This document shows positions 26,805 to 40,279 of a stretch of DNA of 64,000 bases, piece after piece. Every line of letters starts with the position of its first letter. Within the stretch, counting starts at the first letter, position 1. This DNA comes from Octopus sinensis (lineage: Eukaryota): contig NC_042997.1 in NCBI RefSeq assembly GCF_006345805.1, forward strand, positions 145,328,001 through 145,392,000. Reading direction: 5' to 3'. Under the pieces are notes generated by a model that was not told where the DNA came from, did not search any database, and saw only the letters and a program-made list of their open reading frames with translations. Both the position numbers and the translations under genes were made by a program.

Positions 26805-27153
26805 TATTTTACTTGTTTCAGTCATTTGACCGTGGCCATCCTGGAGCTCCACCTTTAGTCGAGCAAATCGACCCGAGGACTTATTCTTTGTAAGCCTAGT
26901 ACTTATTCTATCGGTCTCTTTTGCCGAACCGCTAAGTTACGGGGACGTAAACACACCAGCATCGGTTGTCAAGCGATGGTGGGGAGGACAAACACAGACA
27001 CACAAACATACACACACACACATATAGATATACATATATACGACGGGCTTCTTTCAGTTTCCGTCTTCCAAATCCACTCACAAGGTGCCACGCAGTGGGA
27101 CTGAACCCGGAACCATGTGGTTGGAAAGCAAGCTACTTACCACTCCTACGCCT
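26805..27153 (-). mobile_element. SINE family B with an internal deletion, nested in the Penelope-like relic
   Basis: family motifs. Confidence 0.9.
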
Positions 27154-27724
27154 ATATATATATAAATTAAATAATGAGGGTAGAAATTGATCTTAATAAA
27201 TTAAAACCAGTGGGTTAGCATATTAAAAAAATTCTAAAGATGAAAAATTACATTACGTACAAAATTAGAGGAATGACCACCAAGCTCGACTCCTAATATG
27301 CTAAAGACAGACGTCAAATCGCCTTGCCACGAAAAGTGTGTTCTCAAGAAAAATTTCAGCAAAACGCCAGAATATATGTATGTACATACATATATGTATT
27401 ATAATCCGAGTAAGAAGCAAAGTGACAGTCTTACAATTCTTGTAAATTTCAATAACAATCTGTTCCTCTACACGAAAAGACTGTCACTTTGCTTCTTACT
27501 CGGATTATAATACAGCAGTTCTCAGAAATTTCGCACGATTGTATCCAAAATTTCTTCACATAGCTTGATTAACATTTCACTATGAACTATATATGGACAA
27601 GCACATATTCTATAAGTTCAAGACCTTTCATCGGATCTCCAGGAATCGAACTTTCTTCAATGCAGTTAAACTCACACCCTCATTTGTATCTACCCCTTTT
27701 GATGTTTGGGAATCTCTGATGTTT

Positions 27725-27814
27725 TTTTCGGCTGATGAGTACGAGTCACCTACATTTACTGCAATTTTTGTAGCTTATTAAAGATGTCCTCGTACGAAAC
27801 AATTGTACCGATAA
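27725..27814 (+). ncRNA. minimal type I hammerhead ribozyme motif
   Basis: stem I TCGG(27728-31)/CCGA(27808-11); core CTGATGA 27732-38; stem II GTACGAG/CTCGTAC; GAAA 27796-99; stem III palindrome ACAATTGT; GUA cleavage triplet ending at 27807. Confidence 0.8.
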
Positions 27815-27872
27815 TTTGATCCATTCTTGTTGCTTTTTCCTCTATATAATATATATATATATATAATTATAT

Positions 27873-27917
<45 letters not shown>

Positions 27918-28063
27918 ATATATAATATATTATATATATATATATATATTATATATCTATATATATTATATATATATATATAGATATAGATATATATAAT
28001 ATATATAATATACATATATATATATTCTGTATTCTGCATATATATATATATATTCTTATTCTG

Positions 28064-28099
<36 letters not shown>

Positions 28100-28739
28100 T
28101 CTGTATATATGTGTGTGTCCGAATTACCCTGCAGTATTAATTTTGATTCAATTCTACCCGAGTTCTAATCCTGCCGATATCAATTTCCAACCTTATTTTG
28201 GGGGTCGATCAATTTAATGACAGTTTGAAGTCAGTCCTCTCTCTCTCTCTCTCTTGCTAATTCCAAGTTGCTAATTCACTGTGGTACAGTGATTTGACTG
28301 TGAGTCGCGTTGACAATTTATTTGCCAATGGAAAATATCGTAGGATATTCCCGTTTATCGTTTAGATACATTTACAAGGTGAAGATATGCCACCTTGCGT
28401 TACATTGTTTGCCTCTGTTAACAGGATCACTTTTTAGATATACATTTTATTTTTAAAAATTTAACTACTTTTCGATATAGACACCGAGTCTCAGATTTTC
28501 TGTTTTATAAATAAATGTTAAATATGGTTATAAAAATTATTATGTAATATCTTTCTCATGGCGGTAGGGCCTTTAATTTACGATTTAATTAATATTCAGG
28601 AAAAATAAACACAACATGGTAATGTAAATCTCTCGGGGGACAATTCCAGAACTCACTATATAAACCAAATTGCAACAAATTACAGAATCACTGAAAAGAA
28701 AACCGACGGCTGAGATAATTAGGAGAATATTTAAAGAAA

Positions 28740-29175
28740 TATCTAAAGAAATAAAGACGCATAGAAATTGTATGAACTGACTCTACAGACAGTTGTAGAG
28801 AACGAAAACGGTGCGATTCTTTGAGACATATAAATGCATAGAAATTAGACGATAGGAACAAACTGTTCTGATTTCATAATAAAGGACTAGGTTGTGAGGT
28901 GTTGTGCATTTAGATTGTCTGACAAACAATATTATCCAACAGACAACATTGTAGTAAAAAGAGATTGAATAAATAATCAAACACAGACCTGGAAATAAAT
29001 ATATCTAGAATGTGGAATGTGGACACAAGAATAGTTTTGGTGGTAATTATAGGTACAGTTGGAACACTGAAATAGGATGTAGAGAAGGTAATGTCAAAGA
29101 ACTGCAAGCTAAGATCTTCCATATGGGAAGTTCTGAAAATGGCATTGCTAGAAAACGTCAATATTCTAATAGTTT
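28740..29175 (+). pseudogene. decayed R4-like endonuclease 3' end
   Basis: VVENENGAIL...DLEINISRMWNVDTRIVLVVIIGTVGTLK...KMALL. Confidence 0.65.
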
Positions 29176-29242
29176 GAGATAGTTACAGGAAATGATTTGT
29201 AAAATTGAGAAAGGGATAGTGAAGGAGAGAAAAGATAGCTAC

Positions 29243-29875
<633 letters not shown>

Positions 29876-30459
29876 GGGCTAAAAGGCTGGATGGATGGCT
29901 GGTTGAACAATCAGAAATATAAGCACACACACACAGACACACATACTTTTTTGTTGGTTGACAAGATTGTCATTAGTTTCATGCCGAGAATTCTCAGCAA
30001 TTATCAGGCCTGCCACATGGGACGTTGATACTCTTCTCCGTCGTACTCATTCCAACGTCTCATGTGACAGGCTTGTTAATGTTTATAATATGGAGCTACT
30101 TCTAACAAAAAATTAGAATTTTGTTTTAGTTGTGCGACACTTTTTCACACTAGCAAATAGATTTTACGCTATTTGTATATACTTCGGGTCGGTGATACGC
30201 ATTCATTTCGAGGATGAATGGAGTACACGGCACCAATGAGCAGAACTAACTGCGAAAAAGCGATATTTGTCGACCTTATTCACTTCCGGGGCGATTCGTT
30301 TTCGTCTAAATTTGATAATGTTTATATTATACATCTGATTCTAATAAAATTTGAATATATACATACACTATAACTATTAACTGTATATATATATATATAT
30401 ATATATATACAAACGTAGACACACACACACACCACACACACACACACACACATTATATA

Positions 30460-30490
<31 letters not shown>

Positions 30491-30496
30491 TATATA

Positions 30497-30534
<38 letters not shown>

Positions 30535-31464
30535 ACTACATATGTGAGAAATTCTGTTTGTGGGTGTGTTTGTGGAGTTGTTAGTTAACTCCTCCTGCAT
30601 TGTTTTATCGATTTTGATTAAACTTAACACGTGAGTAGGGCTCATGTCTGGAAACCTCATGGTATACTCAGATTGTTGAAAAAAATCGATAATAGGGCCC
30701 CTGGAAGGGCTCCTTATATATATAGCCAAGAGAAATAACACATACATTTTCCTAAATTATTAGGTAAAAATGAAATTGAGTATGCTTATTTCTTAGTATT
30801 TGAACTGTTAGAGTTATTTTCGCAATTTCTCCAGTACAGCTCTTAAACAAGTAAATGGTATTTTCCTAAACGATAGATCCACTTACTTCGGTTAGTGACT
30901 TATTCACGAATATACCAACACTAGCGCCCTTGAGGGTAATATTCTCTGAGAACACACAAAATCCCTTTTCAAAGTTATTTACTTTGAATCGTTATTATCT
31001 CATATCTGATTAGCCTGTTATTACTTAACATGCTTCATGATTTATGTATGCATACCTTATTAGTATTTCCTCCTATGTTCTATATACTCAAGGAACGCAC
31101 TAAAGCCCTTTTCGGGAGTTACTTTATTTGAATTCTTACTATCGGGTAACTAATTTCATGTTATTACATAACTGACTTCACAATTTGAGTATACATAACA
31201 TATTGGAAATTCCTAAAAACAAGATCCTGTGTAAGACAGTTCGGTATTCTCTGTAAATGCACAAAAACCGTTTTAAGGGCTACATGCTTTGTATTGTTGT
31301 TATTGGATTAGCTAAACAATTATGAGAACGGAACTAAGGGATAAGCCCCGCTTTCTCGGGAATTACCGGGTACGTCAGCTAGTATGTATATATATATATA
31401 TATATATATATACTTGTATATCTATCTATCTTTCTATCTATCTAACTATCTATCTATCTATCAA

Positions 31465-31544
<80 letters not shown>

Positions 31545-32059
31545 ACCACACCCACATAGAGATAGAATGGAGAAGATAGAAGGATAGGAGGATTAGAAGG
31601 TGTGTTGTATATGTGGAAGGGAAGGAAGAGATCTCGAAGAAGTAGGAAATCAAATGAATAACAAAAACTCAAGAGGTAAGAATGAGACTCTGAAAGAAGA
31701 ACATGAAACACAAAAGAAGTAGAACAACAGTGTGAATATTTGAAGGATTGCCAGCAGCCATTAATGACAAGAGGACTGAAATTAAGATGGGGTATCTAAG
31801 ACACTTTACTGTTCATAACATATGAATACGAATACAAATACAATTGCAGACCATGTATGTATGTATGTATGTATGTATGTATGTATGTATGTATGTATGT
31901 ATGTATGTGTTTCTGTTTGTGTATGTGTGTGTGTGCATATACTCATGTCTCGCGACCAACAAGTAATGGTCGTGACGGTGGTTTGACAATGGTGTTGAGA
32001 CCCCTAATGTCGATGGTTGTTCTGGTTGAGACGTTAGTGGTGGACACCGCTGATAGCGA

Positions 32060-32812
32060 TGGTTCTTGCGGTAGTGGTAGTCGTGGTGGTGATGGTGGTG
32101 GCGGTGGTTGTGGTGGTGGCGGGGGTTGTGGTGGTTGTGGTGGCGGTGGTGGTTGTAAATGTGTTATCGTTAGTGCTGCTGATGGTATCCATAGTTATTG
32201 TGGTTGTAGAGATGATGGTTGTGGTGGCGGTGGTGGTCGTAGTAGCGGTGGTTGTTCTGTAGGTGGTGGTACTGGCGGCAATGGTGACTGCAGTTGTGAT
32301 TGTGATGTAGTGCTAGTGGGGGTTGTGATATTGGTGGTTATGGTATTAGTGGGGGTGGTAGTTGTGGCCATGATGATGGTAATGGTGATTGTGGTGGTGG
32401 TTGTAGTCGTGGTGGTGGTAGTAGTGGTGGTTATGGTGGTGATGTTAGTGGTGGTGGTGGTGGCGGTGCTCCTTGTGGCGGTTGATATCGCAGCATTAGT
32501 GGTGGTAGCAGTAATGATGATGATGATGATGATTATCATGGTCGACATTATCATCACCATTATCATGATCATCTTGGTGATGATGGTAATACGTGTTGTT
32601 GTAACGATAGTTGTGGTTGTTGTTGTTGTTGTTGTGGTGGTGGTGGTGGTGGTGGTGGTGATTGTGGTATTGGCAGTAGTTGTAGTTGATGGCCTAATTG
32701 TTATTATTATTACTGTTCTGGTGATTGTAGTGGCGGCGGCGGTGACGGTAGTGGAGGTGGGGTGACGATGGTGGTGGTGGCAGCGACGGCGGGGGCGGCG
32801 GTGGTGGGGCTG
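32060..32812. repeat. degenerate (GGT)n low-complexity tract
   Basis: trinucleotide repeat; source of the 302-aa poly-Val ORF. Confidence 0.9.
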
Positions 32813-32828
32813 GAATTTGGTTAACCCG

Positions 32829-33045
32829 AAGGCGGCGAGCTGGTAGAAGCGTTAGCACGCCGGGCGAAAATAATTAACGGCATTTCATCTGTCTTTGTGT
32901 TCTGAGTTCAAATTCCGTCGAGGTCGAATTTGCTTTTCATTCTTTCGGGGTCGATAAATTAAGTACCAGCTGTTTACTGGTGTCAATCTAATCGACTGGT
33001 CCCCTCCCCCAAAATTTCGGGCCTTGTTTCTAGGGTAGAAAAGGA
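32829..33045 (+). mobile_element. SINE family A
   Basis: full head-body-tail. Confidence 0.9.
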
Positions 33046-33480
33046 TTTGGTTAGCTCGATGTCAGGAGTGAAAGAGCAAACCTCTTCTCAAAAGCATTTC
33101 AACCGTCACTATCCAGTTCTTTTAGTGTAATTTATAGGAACACGTTATCCAATAAGCCTCACTTGTTGAAGTCGATAAAACAAGAGAATTTGAGTGATAT
33201 TTGGCTGCTATTTCTAGGTGATCCTTTGTTGGTTCGTCACGCAGCAAATATAGAATAAATTTAATCTCTACTTAAAATATACATTAACAGGGACACATTT
33301 GAAATTATTGGCAATTATGACAGGCCTGTAATCTTTTAACGTCGTCGTAATTATCAATGTGCAGAAAATAATTACTTATCGATGTTTTTTCTTCTATTCG
33401 ATTAAAGTTATAGAATACTTTTGATGTGAAAATTAAATTCTTTCACACACACGCCCACGCAAAGATACACCCACACACAC

Positions 33481-33511
<31 letters not shown>

Positions 33512-33618
33512 AATATGTGTGTGTGGTGTGTGTATATATATATATTAATATATATATATATACATACACACACACACACACACATATATAATATATACTA
33601 TATATATATATATAATAT

Positions 33619-33663
<45 letters not shown>

Positions 33664-33756
33664 GGTGAGCTGGCAGAAACGTTAGCGCGCCGGGCAAAAT
33701 GTGTCTGTCTTTACGTTCTGAGTTCAAACTCCGCCGAGGTCAGCTTTGCCTTTAAT

Positions 33757-34550
33757 ATAGGCGCAGGAGTGGGTGTGCGGTAAATAGCTTGCTTACCAAC
33801 CACATGGTTCCGGGTTCAATCTCAGTGCGTGGCACCTTGGGTAAGTGTCTTCGACTGTAGCCACGGGCCGACCAAGGCCTTGTGAGTGGATTTGGTAGAC
33901 GGAAACTGAAAGAAGCCCGTCGTATACATATATGTTTGTGTGTCTGTGTTTGAGCCCCCAACATCGCTTGACAACCGATGCTGGTCTATCTATATCTCCG
34001 TATTTTTTCAGTTCGGTAAAGAGACCGCGAGAATAAGTACTAGGCTTACAAATATAAATCCCGGGATCGATTTTTTCGACTAAAGGCGGTGCTCCAGCAT
34101 GGCTGCAGTCAAATGACTGAAACAAGTAAAAGTATACAAAAATAATATATCAATGGCGTTGCCGTGGCTGCGTAGTAAGAAGCTTACTTCCCACCCATAT
34201 GGTTCCAGGTTCAGTCCCACTGCCTGGCACTTTAGGCAAGAGTCTCCTACTATAGTTTCGAGCCGCCCAAAACCTTGTGAGTGAATTTGGTAGACAGAAA
34301 CTGATAAAAGCCTGTTGTGCGTGGGGGGGGGGTTGTGTCTATATGTTTGTGTGTATCTGTGTTTGTACCCCCATCACCGCTTGACAACCAATGCCAGTTT
34401 GTTTACGTCCCCGTAAGTTAGTGGTTCAGTAAAAGAGACTGATAGAATAAGTACAAGGCTTAAAATATAAGTCCTGGAGCAGATTTCTTCGGCTAAAACC
34501 TTTCAAGGTGGTGCTCCAGTATGGCTGCAGTTAAATGACTGAAACAAGCA
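33757..34550 (+). mobile_element. two tandem SINE family B copies
   Basis: heads ATAGGCGCAGGAGTGG (33757) and TGGCTGCGTAGTAAG (about 34165). Confidence 0.85.
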
Positions 34551-35233
34551 ATATATATATATATATATACATATATTGGCCCAGCCACCGGTTAGAAGCG
34601 TGTTCGAATATGAACGAAGAAGGATGACTTTTCCCTCTTTTACTATTTTAAAATATTGTATACCTTGAATTAAGATTTGATGTGAATAACTGAAGGTAAA
34701 TATATCTTAAAGTTATGCAGATTTTTTAAAAAAATACGAAGTATACAAATGAAGAGTGTGGTATGTACTTATTTTATTTAGATTACTTTTTAAATTGATT
34801 TATTTAGTTTGTACATTAAACGTGAAACTAGTTTTGTATTAACCACGCTGACCTGAGGATAGACTTCATTTATCTCGCTCGCCTTACACCATTTTCGTAC
34901 CAAGGAGAAATACCCTTGTTTTATTTAAAAACAACGGCCATTCAACACGCATGGAGTTTGCTTTTTTTAACTGCTCTTCCCCCCTTCTCTATATCTTTAT
35001 ATATATCTTTATATATAAACCACATTAGTTGGTTTATATATAAACCAACTAATATGTTTCTCCATTTTCTTATTTGTAATTTAAATTAATGGTAAAACAT
35101 TTCTTTACCTTCACTTTATTGCATTGCAATTAAAAACACTTGTGTATTAATAATTTGGGTAGTATACCAACAGTATATTGGATAAGTATTATCACTTAGT
35201 GGGTTGGATCCACAACCCCTAACTTACTTGGTG

Positions 35234-35303
<70 letters not shown>

Positions 35304-36140
35304 CTTTTGGCTTGCCATCAGTTGTAATATCAGGAAATGTGGCATACGAACAATATTTACAATTGAAGATGATCAAATTTTCGTTGTCTCTGATTTAATT
35401 TTCTTTCTTGTGCTAATCTCCGTTGCCTTTTTTGACTGGGTTCTTCCATTTTTGTTGTTTCATAGAACGCATAACTGAACAAAAAATAAAGGCTTTCCAC
35501 ATACATTTGAGTAACGTTCCCTTCGATGAGATGGTCCAAGCATTGTAAATATGATGTACTTGTTTAGAAATAGTGTAGTGTCTATAAGTTGTTTAGATTC
35601 GGTAATTGTTAATAATTCAATGATTCCTTTGAATTGAAAAGGAAAACAAGTTTGGGAAGAAAGTTAAAATGATTGTTTGTGGTAGGGTTTCTTAATTTTC
35701 ATGTTTAGTAATAGACAACTGAAAAATTTTACATACTATAACAATATGTCGGCTGCTCTTAAAGTCACGTGACACTAACTCCCATCCTTACCGTTGTCGT
35801 CGGCTATCAAACAGTAACATGGAAATACCAGTAATACCAGAATGTCAACAAAAGTTCTAATATATGGTGCTTTATGGTTTGTAAAATATATATAAGCCGG
35901 TTATTAAGTCAATCCGAATTTTTGAGTCCCCCAAGGTCGGGAATCAAATCTACCACCCAATAACAATTGAACTCAGAATTCAAATATCCGAAGAAACACC
36001 AAAAGGCGTCACATTTGGCACTTTCACGATTCCGTTAATCCGCTTACCTAAATTGGTGTTTTATTTACCAGTCCCAGAAAAATGAAAGCAAAGCTAACCT
36101 CCGCGAGATTTGAGCTTAAAAAGCAAAGAGCCGAAATAAA

Positions 36141-36572
36141 GGATCTTTTCGGTTTGAACGGCAGTTTTTTAAAATAATTTTCACGTAACTAAACACTTTT
36201 AAACTTCGTATACTGGTAGAATTTGTTTATAAAACATCTTTTTCTCTTGGCTTTATTGAGAAAATTCTATAATTTGTAAGATATTTGTTGTTGTTTTTTT
36301 CTTCAATTTCTGCAATTTCAACCAATCAATGACGTCTATTGAGTTAAAAAATATTCTGTGCCATATGAATATGTCCCTCGTTTAAGAAACAGATTGGGTT
36401 TATTTACATTTGTGAAGAAAAGAAAGATAGCCTTCCCCTCACCCCTAACCCTAACTAACCCTAATCCTAAAACAGATTGAAATGCAATAGATCGATACTA
36501 GGGGTCATAATTATGGGTGACAATTTCATATGACACCGCTAGAAAAAACTGCCGTTCAAACCGAAAAGATCC
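36141..36572. mobile_element. MITE with 30-bp perfect TIRs and 8-bp TSD (Merlin-like)
   Basis: GGATCTTTTCGGTTTGAACGGCAGTTTTTT at 36141-70 and its reverse complement at 36543-72; GAAATAAA at 36133-40 and 36573-80; GG termini. Confidence 0.85.
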
Positions 36573-36849
36573 GAAATAAATACCGCCAGGTATTTTATTC
36601 GACGGGCCGACGTCACCACGAATCCGTCGTGCAGTTTCAAAAGGATCCTTAAAGCTCTCAATTTTGTTGTTTCCTTCCCATAAGAGCGTCGTATTTGAAG
36701 CATCAAGAAACATTAACAATGGGTATTACGGGGCTTGGGGAAATTTCAGAATGAGTAAGTGATATAACTATCATTGAAACAATGAATCGGCTCAGTTACC
36801 CAGTCAGTTTCTGTGATAGTAGTAAAGAATAATGGGTGGATAAGTGAAC

Positions 36850-37260
36850 ACTTCTCTCACCAAGCTATAACAGCAATATAATAAAAGAAAAATGTAAAGA
36901 GAGGTAGAGAGAAAGAAAAGAAATTCGTCAGAAAACTCGAAAACTAAAATAAAGAAACCTAGAATGATATTTAGAGAACTCGAATGTTTAAATATATATA
37001 TATATTTAGAAAGAGGAAAAAAAAGAGAAATAAGAGAATGTTTCTTTAAATACAAAACATTTTAGAGAAACTCAGTGCATTATATAGAAGATTAAGTAAG
37101 TCAGAGAAAGTATCACTTACGAATCTAGAAATAGAGAAAATATTGGATAGACGTATGAGAAAGCTGTCAGTCACAACAAAGGGGCAGAATGAATTACAAA
37201 GGAGACTCTCGACAAAAGCCAGCCTGGTGAGATATATCAAATGAGAAAGTTACAGAAAAT
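36850..37260 (+). pseudogene. decayed R4-like pre-RT region followed by (AAT)n
   Basis: across frameshifts: LYRRL...EIEKYWIDV*E...HNKGAE*. Confidence 0.45.
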
Positions 37261-37267
37261 AATAATA

Positions 37268-37337
<70 letters not shown>

Positions 37338-37496
37338 TGAAAAAATGCATGTAATGGACAGACAGCAAAGTCAAACGTTTGGCTGAAATATCTTTTATGT
37401 GCACAAAAGACCCTTGTAAAGGCTGTCGATAACCTGCTAGGTTGACTATGAACAACATCGGACTGGCTATTACAACACAAGATTACTTTCATACTA

Positions 37497-37530
<34 letters not shown>

Positions 37531-38629
37531 ACCACTGACTCAAAAACTATAGACCGATTAACATGATGTTCTTTAAGCAACACATCTGTCTGCTCGCTCA
37601 AGGCTGACCTTGCGTTACACAACAACTATAAGCCGATCAGCTGTCTGTCAGCAACAACTGTAGGCCGATCAGCTGTTTTAATAACAAAGCATTGACACAT
37701 ATACTCTCTGACCTCATCTTCAAATACCAGGAAAAACATAAAAAATCTTACCCAGGGAAACATACGAATGTTAGGATCAAAACTTTGCATTAACAAAATA
37801 CAACAGAACAACAACAAATTAAACATAGAATTAATTGACTTGTTGTAGACCCAAGTATCTTAGAGATTGGAAGCTATATCTTGTAAGACCCCTAGTGACT
37901 TAGATATTGTAGCCATTAAAAAAGAAATGCAACGGCAGCAATTTTAAGCAGTTATGTCAGTAAGTAAAAAAAAAAGGAAGTGATGTTCCTTCTCGTGTTA
38001 AAATAGGCTCATAAGGGCCGGTTTCCATGACGTATAAATTCTCCTCCTGGACGGGACGCCAGTCCGTCGTAGGATTACTCATTTTTGCCCGCTGAGGGAA
38101 CTGGAGCAACGTGAAATGAAGTGTTTTGCTCAATTACGATCGTGAATCCACCAGCCTAAACACTATGCCACGCTCCTCTACGTTATGTCACGAACGCCAA
38201 GAAAAGTGTATAGCTATGTAATAATAGTAAAGAGAATACAAAGAGTAAAGAGAATACAAACAGAAGCTAAGTCTCTATAATATGAAGAAGTTTTCACGCT
38301 TAATCGTTGTCCCCGCACCTTTATTATCTCGTACTAGCATTTCTAACAGATCAACACACCAGACTACTTACAACCACATTTACAATAGATAAGTATCTTC
38401 CACTATGTTCTCAGATTTATCCAAGCGCCATACGAGTGAAATTGGGAAGACTGGAACACGTAAAAGATGTATGATGAAGTATTCATGATCCAATCTATTA
38501 TTGCTTATTTTAAGAGGGTAGGGGAATACGTACAACGAAATGAATACAAGGACATTTAGCTGTTATTTCTAGCAGGTTGAACGACCTGTTAACGGACTTC
38601 CTAGTTGTTACAACTGCTGTTCTTTCTAC

Positions 38630-38880
38630 TTTGAAAGTTCATCGAATATAACACATCTATGATGTCTCAATGCAAACAACGACGGGCCAACTGGAAGCCT
38701 GATACAGAACAGCTTAACAATTCAGTGAAACCATTTGCGTAAACACAGAACTTGAGAAATGTACCAAAGTCACCTGGCTTAAAGAAAAAGCACGAAAACA
38801 GAGACATCAAGATTATAAATTAATGTACTAAGGATACTTATGAAAAAATGAAGTAGGTAATATAGAGAGAAGAAAGATGA
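38630..38880 (+). pseudogene. decayed R4-like RT fragment
   Basis: QLNNSVKPFA...ELEKCTKVT resembles VKxFSxDIxMEFGLxKCxKVT. Confidence 0.4.
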
Positions 38881-39372
38881 AAAACCGATATATTATAAAT
38901 GACTCATAATAATGTCGGACACCAGACTAAATGCAAATGTTTAAAAAAACGTAAGTAAACTGATAATTAATAATACATTAGATGTTATCTTAGTAATTAG
39001 ATACAGTTTAAATGTGATGAATTTAAAATTAAGTTAGCTAAGAAACATTGGCAGGAAAACAAGGCCACGTATGACAGGATATATAAGATATCATTTTAAG
39101 TTTAAGCTAAACATGCTGTATTTACTATGCATTTAAGGAAAGAGGGGCTTCATCTTCGGAAGGCGGGGCCTCACACAAATTATTATGAAATTTATAAAAT
39201 AAAACTGTTTACGAAATAGAAAATTTTGAAAATTATTTCAAGAAATATGCAGAAAAACGAGAGTAAATGAAGGAAACCATGAGCATATATGAACTGAAAA
39301 CATAACCGCTAAGGATAACTATCGTGTCTTGTTTTGGGTCCTTAGCCTCTGACGAAGTTCGAGTTGAGTTTC

Positions 39373-39607
39373 TTATTTCTTTATTGCCTACAAGGGGCTA
39401 AACAGAGAGAGGACAAACAAGGACAGACAAACGGATTAAGTCGATTACATCGACCCCAGTGCGTAACTGGTACTTAATTTATCGACCCCGAAAGGATGAA
39501 ATGCAAAGTCGACATCGGCGGAATTTGAACTCAGAACGCTAAAACAGACGAAATACACCTAAGCATCTCGCCCGGCGTGCTAACGTTTCTACCAGCTCGC
39601 TGCCTTA
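39373..39607 (-). mobile_element. SINE family A with a 15-bp TSD
   Basis: TTCGAGTTGAGTTTC at 39358-39372 and 39608-39622. Confidence 0.92.
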
Positions 39608-39867
39608 TTCGAGTTGAGTTTCGTCGCGATACTCGACGTGTCTTTGGTATTTTTGGAGCCGGTGGAATCCATGTAAAGAAAGACTGAAAGGAAGAAAGAA
39701 AAAGAATCGAATGTTTTACAGGTCTGGTACATTATTTATCGATTCTGCAAAGCTAAAAAGTAAAGCTGACATTGGTGAGATTTGATCACAGAAATCTAAA
39801 ACGAATTCCATAAAGCAATCTTTCCGACGGTCTAACCACTTAACCAAATTGTCACTTTATATATATT

Positions 39868-40279
39868 TCTTTATTATCCACAATGGGCTAAACATAGAAG
39901 GGACAAAGATATGACAGATAAAAGGATTGAGTCGGTTACATCGACCCCAGTACGTAACTGGTACTTTATTTATCGACCCTGAAAGGATGAAAGGCAAAGT
40001 CGACCTCGGCGGAATTTGAATTCAGAACGTAACGACAGACGAAATACTTATTTCTTTATTACCCACAAGGGGCTAAACATAGATGGGACAAACAAGGACA
40101 GACAAAGGGATTAAGTCGATTACATCGACCCCAGTGCGTAACTGGTGCTTAATTTATCGACCGCGAAAGGATGAAAGGTAAAGTCGACCTCGGCGGAATT
40201 TGAACTCACAACGTAACGGCAGACGAAATACCGCAAAGCATTTCGCCCGGCGTGCTAACGTTTCTGCCAGCTCGCCACC
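39868..40279 (-). mobile_element. SINE family A dimer
   Basis: junction near 40050 reads AAGAAATA|AGTATTTCG on minus. Confidence 0.9.

Larger units (their letters stand above)
26118..27843 (+). mobile_element. Penelope-like element relic (RT C-terminus, Cys linker, start of GIY-YIG, hammerhead-bearing terminus) between (TA)n tracts
   Basis: stop-free frame 26163-26678: LKLSCVSLPNFESIITASNKRKL...CDCHLGTICSLQTCCRRSDVIYKRTV; hammerhead at 27725-27814; nested SINE B. Confidence 0.7.

Noticed and set aside
30540-30747. Unique-looking minus-strand ORF segment RSPSRGPIIDFFQQ...
   Set aside because: No recognisable family or convincing splice pair; the rest of the ORF is microsatellite
31857-32765. 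302-aa ORF rich in Val/Gly, and the antisense Thr/Pro-rich ORF
   Set aside because: Product of (TATG)n and (GGT)n repeats that lack stop codons; no domain or splice support
39345-39650. CTGACGA...TTTCGTC as a SINE-interrupted hammerhead
   Set aside because: After removing the SINE and one TSD there is no correctly placed GAAA or stem III on either strand
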